DNA from: Dicyema japonicum
Lineage: Eukaryota > Animalia > Dicyemida
NCBI GenBank assembly: GCA_011109175.1
Contig: RDEW01000047.1
Location: 113,324-146,323 of the forward strand
DNA length: 33,000 nt
Direction: 5' to 3'
In this document: positions 11,530 through 22,019 of the stretch, in pieces
Layout of the letters: every line of letters begins with the position of its first letter
How positions within the stretch are numbered: position 1 is the stretch's first letter
Notes under the pieces: model-generated
Seen by the model: only the letters and a program-made list of their open reading frames with translations
The model's database searches: none
Told to the model about the DNA's origin: nothing
Made by a program: the position numbers and the translations under genes

Positions 11530-12210
11530 GCTTGGATGTATTCCATAATAAGGACCTAGAGAACACTCTTACATTTTTCTGAATCTCCGAATTTAAAAGA
11601 AATCTGTTAATGGGATTATCGATAATTCAAAATAACGATTACATATGCATCTCACATCGATTATTCAAAATGGTGCAACTATCAGAGGAATCAATTACCA
11701 CACCAATATTTGAACTTTTGGTTGAATAGTGTTTTCAAAACTCATGATATTTTTGAAAAATGTATTTACTATTATGATTGGCATACATTGTGGATGAAGA
11801 TCATGTATACACATAATATGAAAGATTTGTTTTCATTATTGAATGGACAGCTGGGGGGCTCGAAGGTTTAAGGCATAGATGATGGTGTGTGAATTCGATT
11901 CTTACGATCCTTGATAAATCCTGCAATCATAAATCATAAATATGATTGTTTTAGCTCTGGCTAATATCAAAATTACCTGTAGTACTCATCCTCTCTCATC
12001 CCCTGAACATTCTGAATCACAGAGTAGAGAACTCGAGATTTTTGAATAAAATGGTGAGAATAAAATTGGATTGAAAATGAAAAAGACACAGACATCACCT
12101 GCACTTATGGTTTATGGAAAAGTTCCAATGTTTACGGAGATGGCATTACGTGACACCAAAAGAATGAGTAGAAAAGCATCAATTAATAATTAAGAGGCAC
12201 CAAATCTCAG
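11530..12210 (+). other. Endogenous viral element: rhabdovirus-like L (RdRp) core, copy A, pseudogenised
   Basis: ASHIDYSKWCNYQR (11647-11688) matches VSV motif A ANHIDYEKWNNHQR. KTHDIFEKCIYYY matches RTHEFFEKSLIYY. GQLGGLEGLRHR*W (11845, one frameshift) matches GQEGGLEGLRQKGW. VLALANIKITC (11948) is a decayed VLAQGDNQVIC. KIGLKMKK..YGKVPMF..DTKRMSR (12062-12172) matches KLGLLIN..YGKIPIF..ETKRWSR. Confidence 0.9.
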
Positions 12211-12269
12211 GACAAAACAAAGAATAAAAATGAATTGATAATCTAGAAAAATATACCAATTTACAATAA

Positions 12270-14150
12270 CCAGCAGTATTCAAACTACGACTTCAAACAT
12301 CAGGAATCCGTCATATTATGTTTTCCGCCAAGTTAATTGCCTTTGATAAATGTAGAGGAAAAATTCGTCCTATTGCTGTTGGGTTTGTTTTTCGTCGATT
12401 GGCTTCTAAACTTGCTAGCAGAGCAATCCTTCCGATGCTTGTCAAACAACTGCGACCAATCCAAGTAGGGGTCGGTACTCCTGGTGGATGTGAGGCGGCG
12501 GTTCATGCCGTTAGGATGTTTACTGGAAACAGAACGAACATGCCTTGTGTGGTCTTCAAGATTGACATAAAAAACGCCTTCAATACCATACGGCGCGATG
12601 TAATTTTGGAAGATTGTCTTACCCATTACCCGTCTATATATAATTATATTCATTGTTTGTATGGAAAACCGTCCAGTCTTGTACATGGAGAAATACTTCA
12701 TTCCCTCGTCGTGTGGGTTCACAAGGAGACCCACTAGGACCGGCATTGTTCTGCCTCGGTGTCGACCGTGTCATGAGATGCCTTACTACTCCGCTGAACG
12801 TGTGGTATTTGGATGATTGCACCCTGGGAGGTCATCCTAACAATGTATATGACTGTCTACAGAGATTACTAACAATTGGATACGCTTGGTTTAAAGCTAA
12901 ACGCATCCAAATGCGAAATTGTTAATTATGGATTCTCCCGATATGAATGGAATCGGATCCTATTAATGTTTCGGGGGATTATTCCTAAAATATCGGAAAT
13001 CGAGCCGGATCATTTGGAAATACTTGGATGCCCTCTGGCTGAAACTGGAATTAACGACACTCTGTTGGCTAAAGAACAGCAACTAAGAAAAACTTTTTTA
13101 CGCCTTGGGATGCTGGATGCACATACCTCTCTTTTTCTCATGAAAAACGCTTTATCCACGCAGAAATTAAATTACGTCCTTCGAGGAGCTCCATGTTACC
13201 TGAAAATGCAACAACTCGGGGCGATTGACTCCCTATTCCGGTCTACGACCGAACGTATTACTAATGTCGAATTCGACGAACAAGGATGGGAACAAGCAAC
13301 CTTGCCCGTTCGCTTTGGTGGACTCGGAATTCTCTCACCATCTGATTTAGCACACCCGGCATATCAATCCTCATTGGACTCCAATCAGAATTTGATCATG
13401 ATGATTCTCCAGCTCCCATCAGAGTCGTCAAAGATCGAAGATTTGGTACACCCTAAAGTCAAACAACTCGGGCAGAGAGACCTTTATGAGTCTGTTTGCG
13501 AGGATAAATACGAGAGGCTTTTGAAAATATCTAACCAACACCGACGAGCCTGTCTTTTAACTGCAAGATGCGAGTGGAGCGGGGCTTGGATCAATGCCCT
13601 ACCCATTGGAAACGTGGGAACTCACCTAGACGATGAAACGGTCCGCACCGGAGTCTCCATCAGACTTGGATTGAAAGTTTGTCAACCCCATGAGTGCCGA
13701 TGCGGCCGGAAGGTCGACTGCTATGGACATCATGCCCTTTCTTGTCGAAAAAGCGCAGGTCGATTCGCTAGACACAAGGCTATAAATGAAGTGGTGAAGC
13801 GCACCCTCGAGTTGGCGGGATACCCATCCATTCTAGAGCCAACGGGCTTGAGTAGGGATGATGGGAAGCGACCCGATGGAATTACTGTCTTCCCCTTCTC
13901 TCGGGGCAAATGCTTAATTTGGGATGCTGGCTGTACTGACAGCTTTTCCCAGTCGAAACATTTGAGGTCGGCAATGAAAGCGGGAGAGGCCGCCCGTTTA
14001 TATGAAAACTCAAAAATAAAGAAATACAGGAGCCTCCTAAACCGTTTCCATGTACAGCCAGTGGTCGTCGAGACGAGCGGAGTCTTTGGCCCCAAGACGG
14101 TCTCTTTCCTTAGAGCACTTGGGTGTCTATTGACCAAAGCCTCGAGGAGC
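12270..14150 (+). mobile_element. CRE-clade non-LTR retrotransposon (RT plus restriction-like endonuclease), truncated at both ends, 2 frameshifts
   Basis: ORFs 12318-12737, 12653-12925 and 12876-14228 carry RPIAVG..RRL, QVGVGTPGGCEAAVHA, DIKNAFN, QGDPLGPALF, WYLDD, GLKLNASKCE, ATLPVRFGGLG, the C-x-C..H..C knuckle, RHKAINE, PDG and WD. The normal QRGNA terminus is replaced from ~14150. Confidence 0.9.
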
Positions 14151-14520
14151 GTCGGGAAAACTGAGTGGCTTGAGACTCTCGCCTCAAAATTGAAAATGAC
14201 GAAGGTCTCTTATACACCCAGGGCATAAACCATCCAACAACGTGACGTACGCAATCATCAACATATATATTTCTCCTTCAAGTTGCTCAAAAGGATATCA
14301 TTCTGACCTCGCTTGGATCTCGTCCCTTAAGAACATAACCGTGTGCGGAGACTTTAATGAGAGGATATTATCTTGACCTTTCGTCCCGGAAGAACCTGTC
14401 GATGGAAAAATGGATCAACGAGGGGAGTATATCTTGTCACAGACTGAAAGCCTTCAAGTCTTAAATCCTCGTGATCGTCTGATTAAATCTTTCGACAATT
14501 CTTTGTGCTCGTAGATTGTT
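14150..14520 (+). mobile_element. LINE APE endonuclease fragment
   Basis: Reads IINIYISPSSC, ITVCGDFN, DQRGEYI..LQVLN. Confidence 0.7.
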
Positions 14521-15600
14521 AGACTTTCCGTGAATTTGCTTAATGTTAAAATCTTCGCAAAGTTTTGTTATTTCTTGATTTTTAAATTCAGAACCATTGT
14601 CCGACTGAAGAAATTTACATGGCCCATTCAGGCGGAACAAAGATCTTACGTTTTCACATACTTCTTTACCAGACTTATTATAAAGTGGTCGTACAAAAGC
14701 GAATCTATAAATTAAAAAAAAACCCAGCCTACTATATATGTCAATGACCGTTAAAATCCATTTGAAATTTCATTTAATGTTGAAAATTTTTTCAGGTCTA
14801 TTAGATCTACCTGAAAACGTTCATTTGGAGAAGAAGCAAACACATGGTGATTTATATCTCCAATCTACAATTATAAAAATCACGAACTTTTAAAGGACGC
14901 AAAAATTTGCAGACTTCACAATTTCGAATGACTTTTCTAATAATCTCATTCTTTACAGTGAAGTATCTTTGTCGTCATTCATACTCAATTTTATTGACTC
15001 CTCCGTGTGAAAACTCGTGCAACGATTTCGCAACATGCTCCATTTCGGTTTCATTATCCAGGGATATGACTAACTTGTGATCAGTTGATTTAAGATACAG
15101 TCTAAAATTATTGAAAATTTACAATACCTGTCATTGATAATAGAAAAATTCTCTATCTTCTTTACATGCCTATATTTCGGTGCCTCGGAAGATTTTCGGG
15201 AAATTTATCATGCAAAGCATCAATCTTTCACAAAACCCTTGAAAGAAGCCATTGCAACAAAATAATCTTCCATGCTATAAATCACGCTAGAAATCTAGGT
15301 TTACCGCTATAAAAAATAAAATCTTTATAATCATAACATTTATGAATAAAAACTAATTTAACAGGATTAAATCACGATATAAATCGGATATATAAAATTA
15401 AATGTCGGATTATCCAATGAGGGACTCATCCTTACCTTTGTCGGTCTGGGATCACTTAGTTTAGATGAGAACTTTTTATTTCTTTTTTTTTGACCCAGTG
15501 ATCCTGGGGTAATAATAATAATGTCGGATAATCAAAAGACCTTTTCAAGGTCGAAAAAATGTAACAGGCTGCCCATGCGTTACGCGCCGCCCATGTGACA
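14520..15600 (-). mobile_element. Ginger-type (retroviral-like integrase) DNA transposon, 3'-truncated pseudogene with spliceosomal micro-introns
   Basis: The spliced minus strand gives an HHCC zinc domain (HEFSHGG...CEVC), PNERFQVDLID, WILTVIDIYSR|FAFVRPL and FLQSDNGSEFKN..IKQIHG. Introns 15127-15102 (26 nt), 14887-14865 (23 nt) and 14728-14705 (24 nt, GC-AG) restore the frame. Candidate ATG at 15273; candidate TGT terminus at 15600. It carries a premature stop and frameshifts, and the catalytic Glu region is missing. Confidence 0.85.
15418..15519 (+). mobile_element. ~100-bp 5'-truncated LINE 3' end with (TAA)n tail, inserted in the Ginger 5' region
   Basis: Nearly identical to 16315-16420. 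Flanked by AATGTCGGATTATCCAA (15401-15417) and AATGTCGGATAATCAAA (15520-15536), 2 mismatches. Confidence 0.75.
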
Positions 15601-18600
15601 TAATACAGTAGTTACTACACAAACTCAATATTTATATTAATTACTTCAACATATAATAATAATAACAGCCTTTTTCACGGAGCCGTGGTATTAGCTCCGC
15701 ATAGGCAGGACACACACTTTATTTAAGTAAAGAACAGTTAATTTTAACTAATCGTAGAACCAAGGAATGATCTTCACTTTTTTTTTCTTTTTCTTGTGTG
15801 TGGGTCCTTTCTAGACAATCCAGGTTCCGCAGTGAGAGTCCACTGATGACGGCGTCACTCGTCAAGCCACTTCAACATATTTAAAATATAATAACAAGAA
15901 TAACTTTGTGGAATTTTATATAAATTAGTAAATTGTTACCTTAATTTGTATAGTATATATATTCACATAATTATTACATTTATTTAAATAATATACAAAC
16001 CTTTCCACGATATACAAACAATTCATCCGACCAACGATGACGTATGCAAGTCCTTCATGGGCAATGCAAATGTCACGATCTTCCACATTGAAGTTATCTG
16101 CAATCGAGGAGACTGCAATGAGGTTAATTGGACAGACCACAACCATCCAACCTATTGAAAATTTTTAATTGAAATACAACGAAAACTATTAAAGGAGGCT
16201 GTTCTACGAGCTGCCCTCTATTCCAAATACTATCGAATTATCTACAATCATACAGAAATTGTGAGCCGATGCCATGTCCTATGAGAAGAGCTGTTCAGGA
16301 TTCTCGACCCCGCCGGACTCGTCCTCACCTTTGTCGGTCTGGGATCACTTAGTTAGATGAGAACTTTTATTTCTTTCTCTTTGACCCAGTGATCCTGGGG
16401 GTAATAATAATAATAATAATTTATTTAAATAATACATTTAACAATAACTGTTGTGTGATCTATACTTGTTTAATATTATTATGGAAGAGAATCGACTTGT
16501 TGAGAAAAGGAATATTGACAGTGAACTCCTCTATGAGAGGAGAGGTCGTCCATCGATTTGGATGAATATAGTGATTAGATCTGAATTTATTTGAATTTTT
16601 TTCTGATTTTTAATAATTCGTGATATTATTTATGTCTGAATCGAGTTAATTCCACAATTCCCTTGCTCGATGAGGTCTGTTCTCGGGACAAATCACAGCT
16701 TTTCTAAACTTTATGATTCTGAGATATCTCTAGTTAAACTAACTAATAATTTTCTTGTTCTTCATTAGATTTATCCATAGTTATCCAATTTCGTCAAGAT
16801 TAGCATCCAATGCGTCTTTGTAAATAGCACATTCGGTATCACATGAGTCCGAGAAGGGGAACGAAAAGTTACATCAATATTTAGGAGATGAAGACATTTA
16901 TTGTGTTAGAGCTGCGATTTGGTGAACAAGAACTACATCAGTGGTTCAACCATTCAACAAATCGGCCACTAGGCTTACTGGTAAGGTCACTCCATCAATC
17001 TCCAAATTTAACCGAGGAACCAAGCATATGATTACTATGGGAGATCAATATTGTTTCTATGAAGTTAGGATAAATTTTCCAATTCTCAGCGACTTGGTGT
17101 TGTCATTGGGAATTATAACACAAATCTTTTGTTACAAAGCTATTTCAAGTTAATATTAAAATAAAGAAAATATGGAAACCTCGCTTAGGAAATGTAAGCC
17201 TGTAGTGGACTACTGGAGGATGGATTTGGTTGGCACAAACAGACGTTCCTTCCTTAGATTATATAGTTGTGATTGTTTGCCCGGAGCTTATCAAAGATTA
17301 TAACCTCACGTGGTTTCCTCCAATTGATGGGGCTTGGGCATCACGTGGTTTCCTCAAATTGAGAAAAAAATCTGAAAATAATCTGAACGACTTATACATC
17401 CTCAATAACCCAAAAAGTCACATCAGAAGCCCGAACAGAGAATCGACTCTCCTATCTCAAGAAATATCAGTCTCTCCTCATATATCCTCGCCATCATGGA
17501 AGGTCATATATGAAATTTTCTCAGACCACAATATGATTTCGATTCAATACAAACCTCTTTGACTTCCTCGATTGCCAAGATTAGTCTATAAAAGTCTAAA
17601 TGTTCCACAAATATTAATATGTTCTCAATAATGTATTGATAAAAACTGGCAAACTCCACATTCCAGCTGGATTAATATCAGATTATCAGCCAAACTTCAC
17701 AAATAGCATAATATGCTTGATCAAGCAGAGGAAACTACTGAAGCACAAGAATATCGACCCTAAAATATTAAGAGTTAATTTCGTGATCACTCAGAAAAGA
17801 AAAAAAAGAAAAGAAATGAAATGGAAGGAGTTCATATTTTCCACAGACCACAGAACCGAAAATAAAATTTATATCCACACCTTATTGACAGAGGCACTTA
17901 CAAAAAAAGCCGATTGCTAGTATCAGGATCTATAAAATTGTTTTATTAATCACTAAAAAATGTCACATACTTTATTAGAATATTGAAAAAAACTAGAATC
18001 AAAATCAGATCTTAAGAAAATCAACGCCAACAATGGATCGCTTCAAAATTAGTTATGAAATAACAATAAACGCCATTTGTCAACCAAAAATAGTTATGCT
18101 ACTGGGACTGAAACAAATAGCTCGATCTACCACCTAAGAATTTGGAAATATTGATACTATATCTTCCTGGACAACATCCTCCTAAACACTATTCTTGGTT
18201 GAAGGTTCTGCTAGAACGCGCCAGGGTCAAGTAATTAGTTAGTTGGGTTTAGTCTTTGGAATAATTTAATTAAAGATAGTGCTTGGATGTATTCCATAAT
18301 AAGGACCTAGAGAACACTCTTACATTTTTCTGAATCTCCGAATTTAAAAGAAATCTGTTAATGGGATTATCGATAATTCAAAATAACGATTACATATGCA
18401 TCTCACATCGATTATTCAAAATGGTGCAACTATCAGAGGAATCAATTACCACACCAATATTTGAACTTTTGGTTGAATAGTGTTTTCAAAACTCATGATA
18501 TTTTTGAAAAATGTATTTACTATTATGATTGGCATACATTGTGGATGAAGATCATGTATACACATAATATGAAAGATTTGTTTTCATTATTGAATGGACA

Positions 18601-19002
18601 GCTGGGGGCTCGAAGGTTTAAGGCATAGATGATGGTGTGTGAATTCGATTCTTACGATTCTTGATAAATCCTGCAATCATAAATCATAAATATGATTGTT
18701 TTAGCTCTGGCTAATATCAAAATTACCTGTAGTACTCATCCTCTCTCATCCCCTGAACATTCTGAATCACAGAGTAGAGAACTCGAGATTTTTGAATAAA
18801 ATGGTGAGAATAAAATTGGATTGAAAATGAAAAAGACACAGACATCACCTGCACTTATGGTTTATGGAAAAGTTCCAATGTTTACGGAGATGGCATCACG
18901 TGACACCAAAAAAATGAGTAGAAAAGCATCAATTAATAATTAAGAGGCACCAAATCTCAGGACAAAACAAAGAATAAAAATGAATTGATAATCTAGAAAA
19001 AT
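15601..19002 (+). repeat. Segmental duplication, copy B (contains an extra 427-bp LINE insertion)
   Basis: Direct repeat of 9296-12252. The offset changes from 6305 to ~6750 across the insertion. Confidence 0.97.
15994..16420 (+). mobile_element. 427-bp truncated LINE insertion with TSD, present only in copy B
   Basis: Encodes IYKQFIRPTMTYASPSW...KLSAIEETAMRLIG and ends LCRSGIT* plus 3'UTR and (TAA)6. TSD TTATTTAAATAATA at 15980-15993 and 16421-16434; copy A has the empty site at ~9677-9689. Confidence 0.9.
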
Positions 19003-19940
19003 TTTAAAAATTATTATATTTGGCGTTGTGGAAGTTATCGTAATGAAACCGTTTTAGGCTTGCAGATTATTGCACTTCAATAAGATTACGGGTTTTTCTG
19101 TTAGTGTAGCCCGCTTTTATACTTAAATTATCTTATGGGCCCTGGAGCTTTTGAGTTTGACATGCCTGGTGTATATTATCATATATAATCTCTGCAATTT
19201 AAGTAGTTGAAGATCTTCTTGGTTATGATCCAATGTCATATGGTCCAATATAGAATGTATCCAAAATATAGATCTTAACCATGTCTGAAAGAGAAATTGG
19301 AGGAGTATCAAAAAATATACCTAAAATCCAGCAAATCAAATAGACACTCAAATTTTGGACAGAATGTCAAAAATCCCTCAATCGATCAGGGTTATTTGGC
19401 TGAATTGATTCTGCAAGACCTTGGCATAAAAACTTGGTGTTTACAAAAATCCTGCTATTGAAGTGAATTGAAAATACGGTTTTTACGAAAGAATGGCAGA
19501 GTAAATTGTTCTTAACGGTACATCAATATGTCCGGAGACCTAAAATTTTTTTATTGCGGAAGATATTTAACATGAACGTTAAAATTTCTCAATCTCGCGA
19601 AAATGTGGTGAAATCTCTTTAGACAGGACAAAAATGCTTTCATAGAGCAAATATCGATTCAATAAAACATTAGAGGATATTACAAGAAGGGCTGCCAGAT
19701 ATACTGAACCCATCGTCTATATTTTTTGGCAAATTGCACAATTCGAGATCTACAAAGGAATTGTTCTTCATAGCTGGATAAATATCGTAGCAAACTGGAA
19801 GCTAATCAGGGACTTCAACATAATAGAGAAATATGTTAATTCTCAGACCCAAATTCGTTAAGTCATTGAACGCTGTTAAAGATCTCTGGGAGACTGCTTC
19901 ATGCGAATGAGATCGGATTAATCCCTACTTATATGAATCA
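18280..19940 (+). other. Endogenous viral element: rhabdovirus-like L, copy B, running from the RdRp core into the capping (PRNTase) region
   Basis: Carries the same motifs as copy A (motif A at 18398), then colinear DLLGYDPM (19212; VSV LLMMHDPA), EREIGGVS (~19287-19310; DPSIGGVS), TLKFW (19344; SLSFW), NCSS*LDKYRSK/WKLI/GTST (19759-19820; [22 protein letters not shown]) and IGLIPTYM (19912; RGPLPAYL). Many stops and frameshifts. Confidence 0.85.
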
Positions 19941-20338
19941 TTATTTATTAGGATTACTTAGTTAGAGGAAAAAATGGTCCCCAGCTTACTAAATGATCCC
20001 AAAATCACCAGGGGAAAGTTAGGAGACCTGATTTTAGGTTGATCGCCCCCACAAATTTTTGTTTTTGTTCTAATAGGAGTGCTACCACAAATAAAGATTT
20101 GAAGTTGGAGTGACGCCTCTATTGTCAGCTTTTTGGATTTGGATTTTTTTATATGGGAGAACAGGAAATTTCCATTGACCCAACACACTTTTGTAGGTTT
20201 ATGTCGGGTGACATGTTGGTTATATATGGTGGATAAACAAATGCCATATCTCCAAAGCGAAAGGTCTTGGAAAGCAAAGTAGATTAGTAAATAGTTTAAG
20301 AAATTAGTGGACTACTCAATTTTATAGTAAGAAATATA

Positions 20339-21941
20339 TTAATCACTCCATTCATCAGAGGATTCACTATCATCGGAGACAAGTTCTTTATGACGATTTT
20401 CAATTGCCTTTCTTAGACTGGCAGCGAATCCACCCATTTCTTCCTTCACGCCAGCCTTAGTATTTTCCGTAACCTTGATATATAACCGAGGTTTTAAACC
20501 TTTTTTAAATCGACTCCTTTCTGGATACTAGAGAGGAGATCATTGATATTTGATGTAGGGGAATGGTTTACTAAATTTTTTACCAATGGTATATTGTTTT
20601 CAGAAGTTTCAGAAGATTCTAATTTTAAGGGTTTAGGAGGAAGAGGAGCAAATCCATCAACTTTTTCCTTCGCAACAGCCTTAGTATTTTCCGGAACCTT
20701 AAAATATAAAACCGAGTTTAAAACATTTTTTAAACCGACTCCTTTCCGAATGCTAGAAAGGAGATCATTGATATTTGATGTAAGGGGGTGGTTTACTAAA
20801 ATTATTTCCAATAGTATACTGTCTTCAGAAGTTTTAGAAGACGCTAATTTTAAGGGTTGAGGAAGAGAAGCAATCGCTTTATTTGGCTTATCTAAAAATT
20901 ATCCATTCGACAAACCTTGTTTTAAAACACGTGAAGTAGGGGGAGGAAGTGGTGGAGGGACGAGTTTACTTTCTTTCTGTTTTTTCTGTTCCTTCGGTGC
21001 CGTTTTGGTTTCATGTGATTTTGTATTAGTTGCTGGCTTAAATCGGTGTTGTTTGGATGGATTGTTTGAATTGAGAACTTCCGAGGTGGATAGTGGAATA
21101 TCTGGTGGGGGTGGTCTGTTTTCAATTTTGAGGTCGGATTTGAGTTCTAACAAATAATAAAACTTGAAATTTTTTCAGAGACTAATTAGTATACTTTTTC
21201 GATTGGAAGTTGCAGGGCCTTTAGGTTCACTTCTGTTCGTCTCGATGGAATCATACACTGAATTCAAATTATCAGAATTTTTGATTGTAGTTGGTTTGCT
21301 TCCATCATTTTTAATTTTTTCGACCAAACAAGACTCAATTTTGTTTTTTTTATTTTTTTCCTTTACTTTTCTGCTTTTAGGTGTTTCAGTGCCTGTCTTC
21401 GTTGGTTCTGGTGGATGGAGTTTTTCAACTTTGTTATAAAATACCTTTTACCACTTATTTTCGCTCGCTTTTTCATATTTTGGCTAAAGAAGTCAGCTTC
21501 TGCTTGGTGCATGAAGTTGAGACCATAAATAAACTTCTAATCGTTAATTGAAGCGTTACATTGGTTTCGAATGTGTGAAAGGTAGGGTTCAGTGTAGCGT
21601 AGTTGATATTCCTACCCAAAGTTTCCCGCAGCAAAATACGATCCTGTAATATTAAAAAACTGATACCTGGGGGATGGAACATAAATAAATTGAGTAACAA
21701 CGAGTTCTGTGGTCTTTGACGACCAAGGCAACCCCATCATCGTCAAATTCCCAACTGTCAAAATTTGACTTGCTGGCTCTGAAGATGCGAACTACTCCAG
21801 CACACAAAGACTAAGTTTTGGCCATAATAAAACTTGTCTCCCATTTCCAATAATTTTCATTAGACCAAGGTTATCGTCTTCAGACACAAAGGAGGACCCA
21901 CAATTTACAAGCTTGTTCCGGGTATAGACAGGAGGATTCAT
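20339..21941 (-). CDS. WASL: WASP/N-WASP family actin nucleation-promoting factor (WH1, basic, proline-rich, WH2 x2, central, acidic), ~453 aa, 10 exons
   Basis: Spliced WH1 domain: GNGRQ|SLCAGVVRIF..GVALVVKDHRTRCYSIYLCSIPQ|DRILLRETL..FHTFETN|KFIYGLNFMHQAEADFF. Two WH2 motifs (DLLSSIRKGVGLKN, DLLSSIQKGVDLKK). C-terminus FAASLRKAIENRHKELVSDDSESSDEWSD*. Introns of 23,23,23,23,48 (or 36),24,24,27,26 nt leave an intact 1362-nt frame. Confidence 0.92.
20424..20865 (-). repeat. Intragenic tandem duplication (period 225 nt) of the WH2 module of WASP, introns included
   Basis: The marker gagatc lies at 20761-20766 and 20536-20541. Both units share cccttaaaattag..tcttct, tagtaaacca, catcaaatatcaatgatctcct and ggaaaatactaaggctg. 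Confidence 0.9.
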
Positions 21942-22019
21942 TTTAGATCAACATTTAACGGATAATACGTAAAATAAACGACGAATCGTTAAACATGATA
22001 ATATAGAAATAATAATTTC

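Larger units (their letters stand above)
9296..12252 (+). repeat. Segmental duplication, copy A (~2.96 kb)
   Basis: Direct repeat of 15601-19002. Both copies start taatacagtagttactacac and end gataatctagaaaaat. They differ by scattered SNPs and small indels (roughly 98-99% identical by eye). Confidence 0.97.

Noticed and set aside
13730-14137. Long antisense ORFs over the CRE and RTE elements and over WASP (also 12333-12746, 20543-20860, 21164-21439, 23733-24169)
   Set aside because: Shadows of real coding sequence on the opposite strand.
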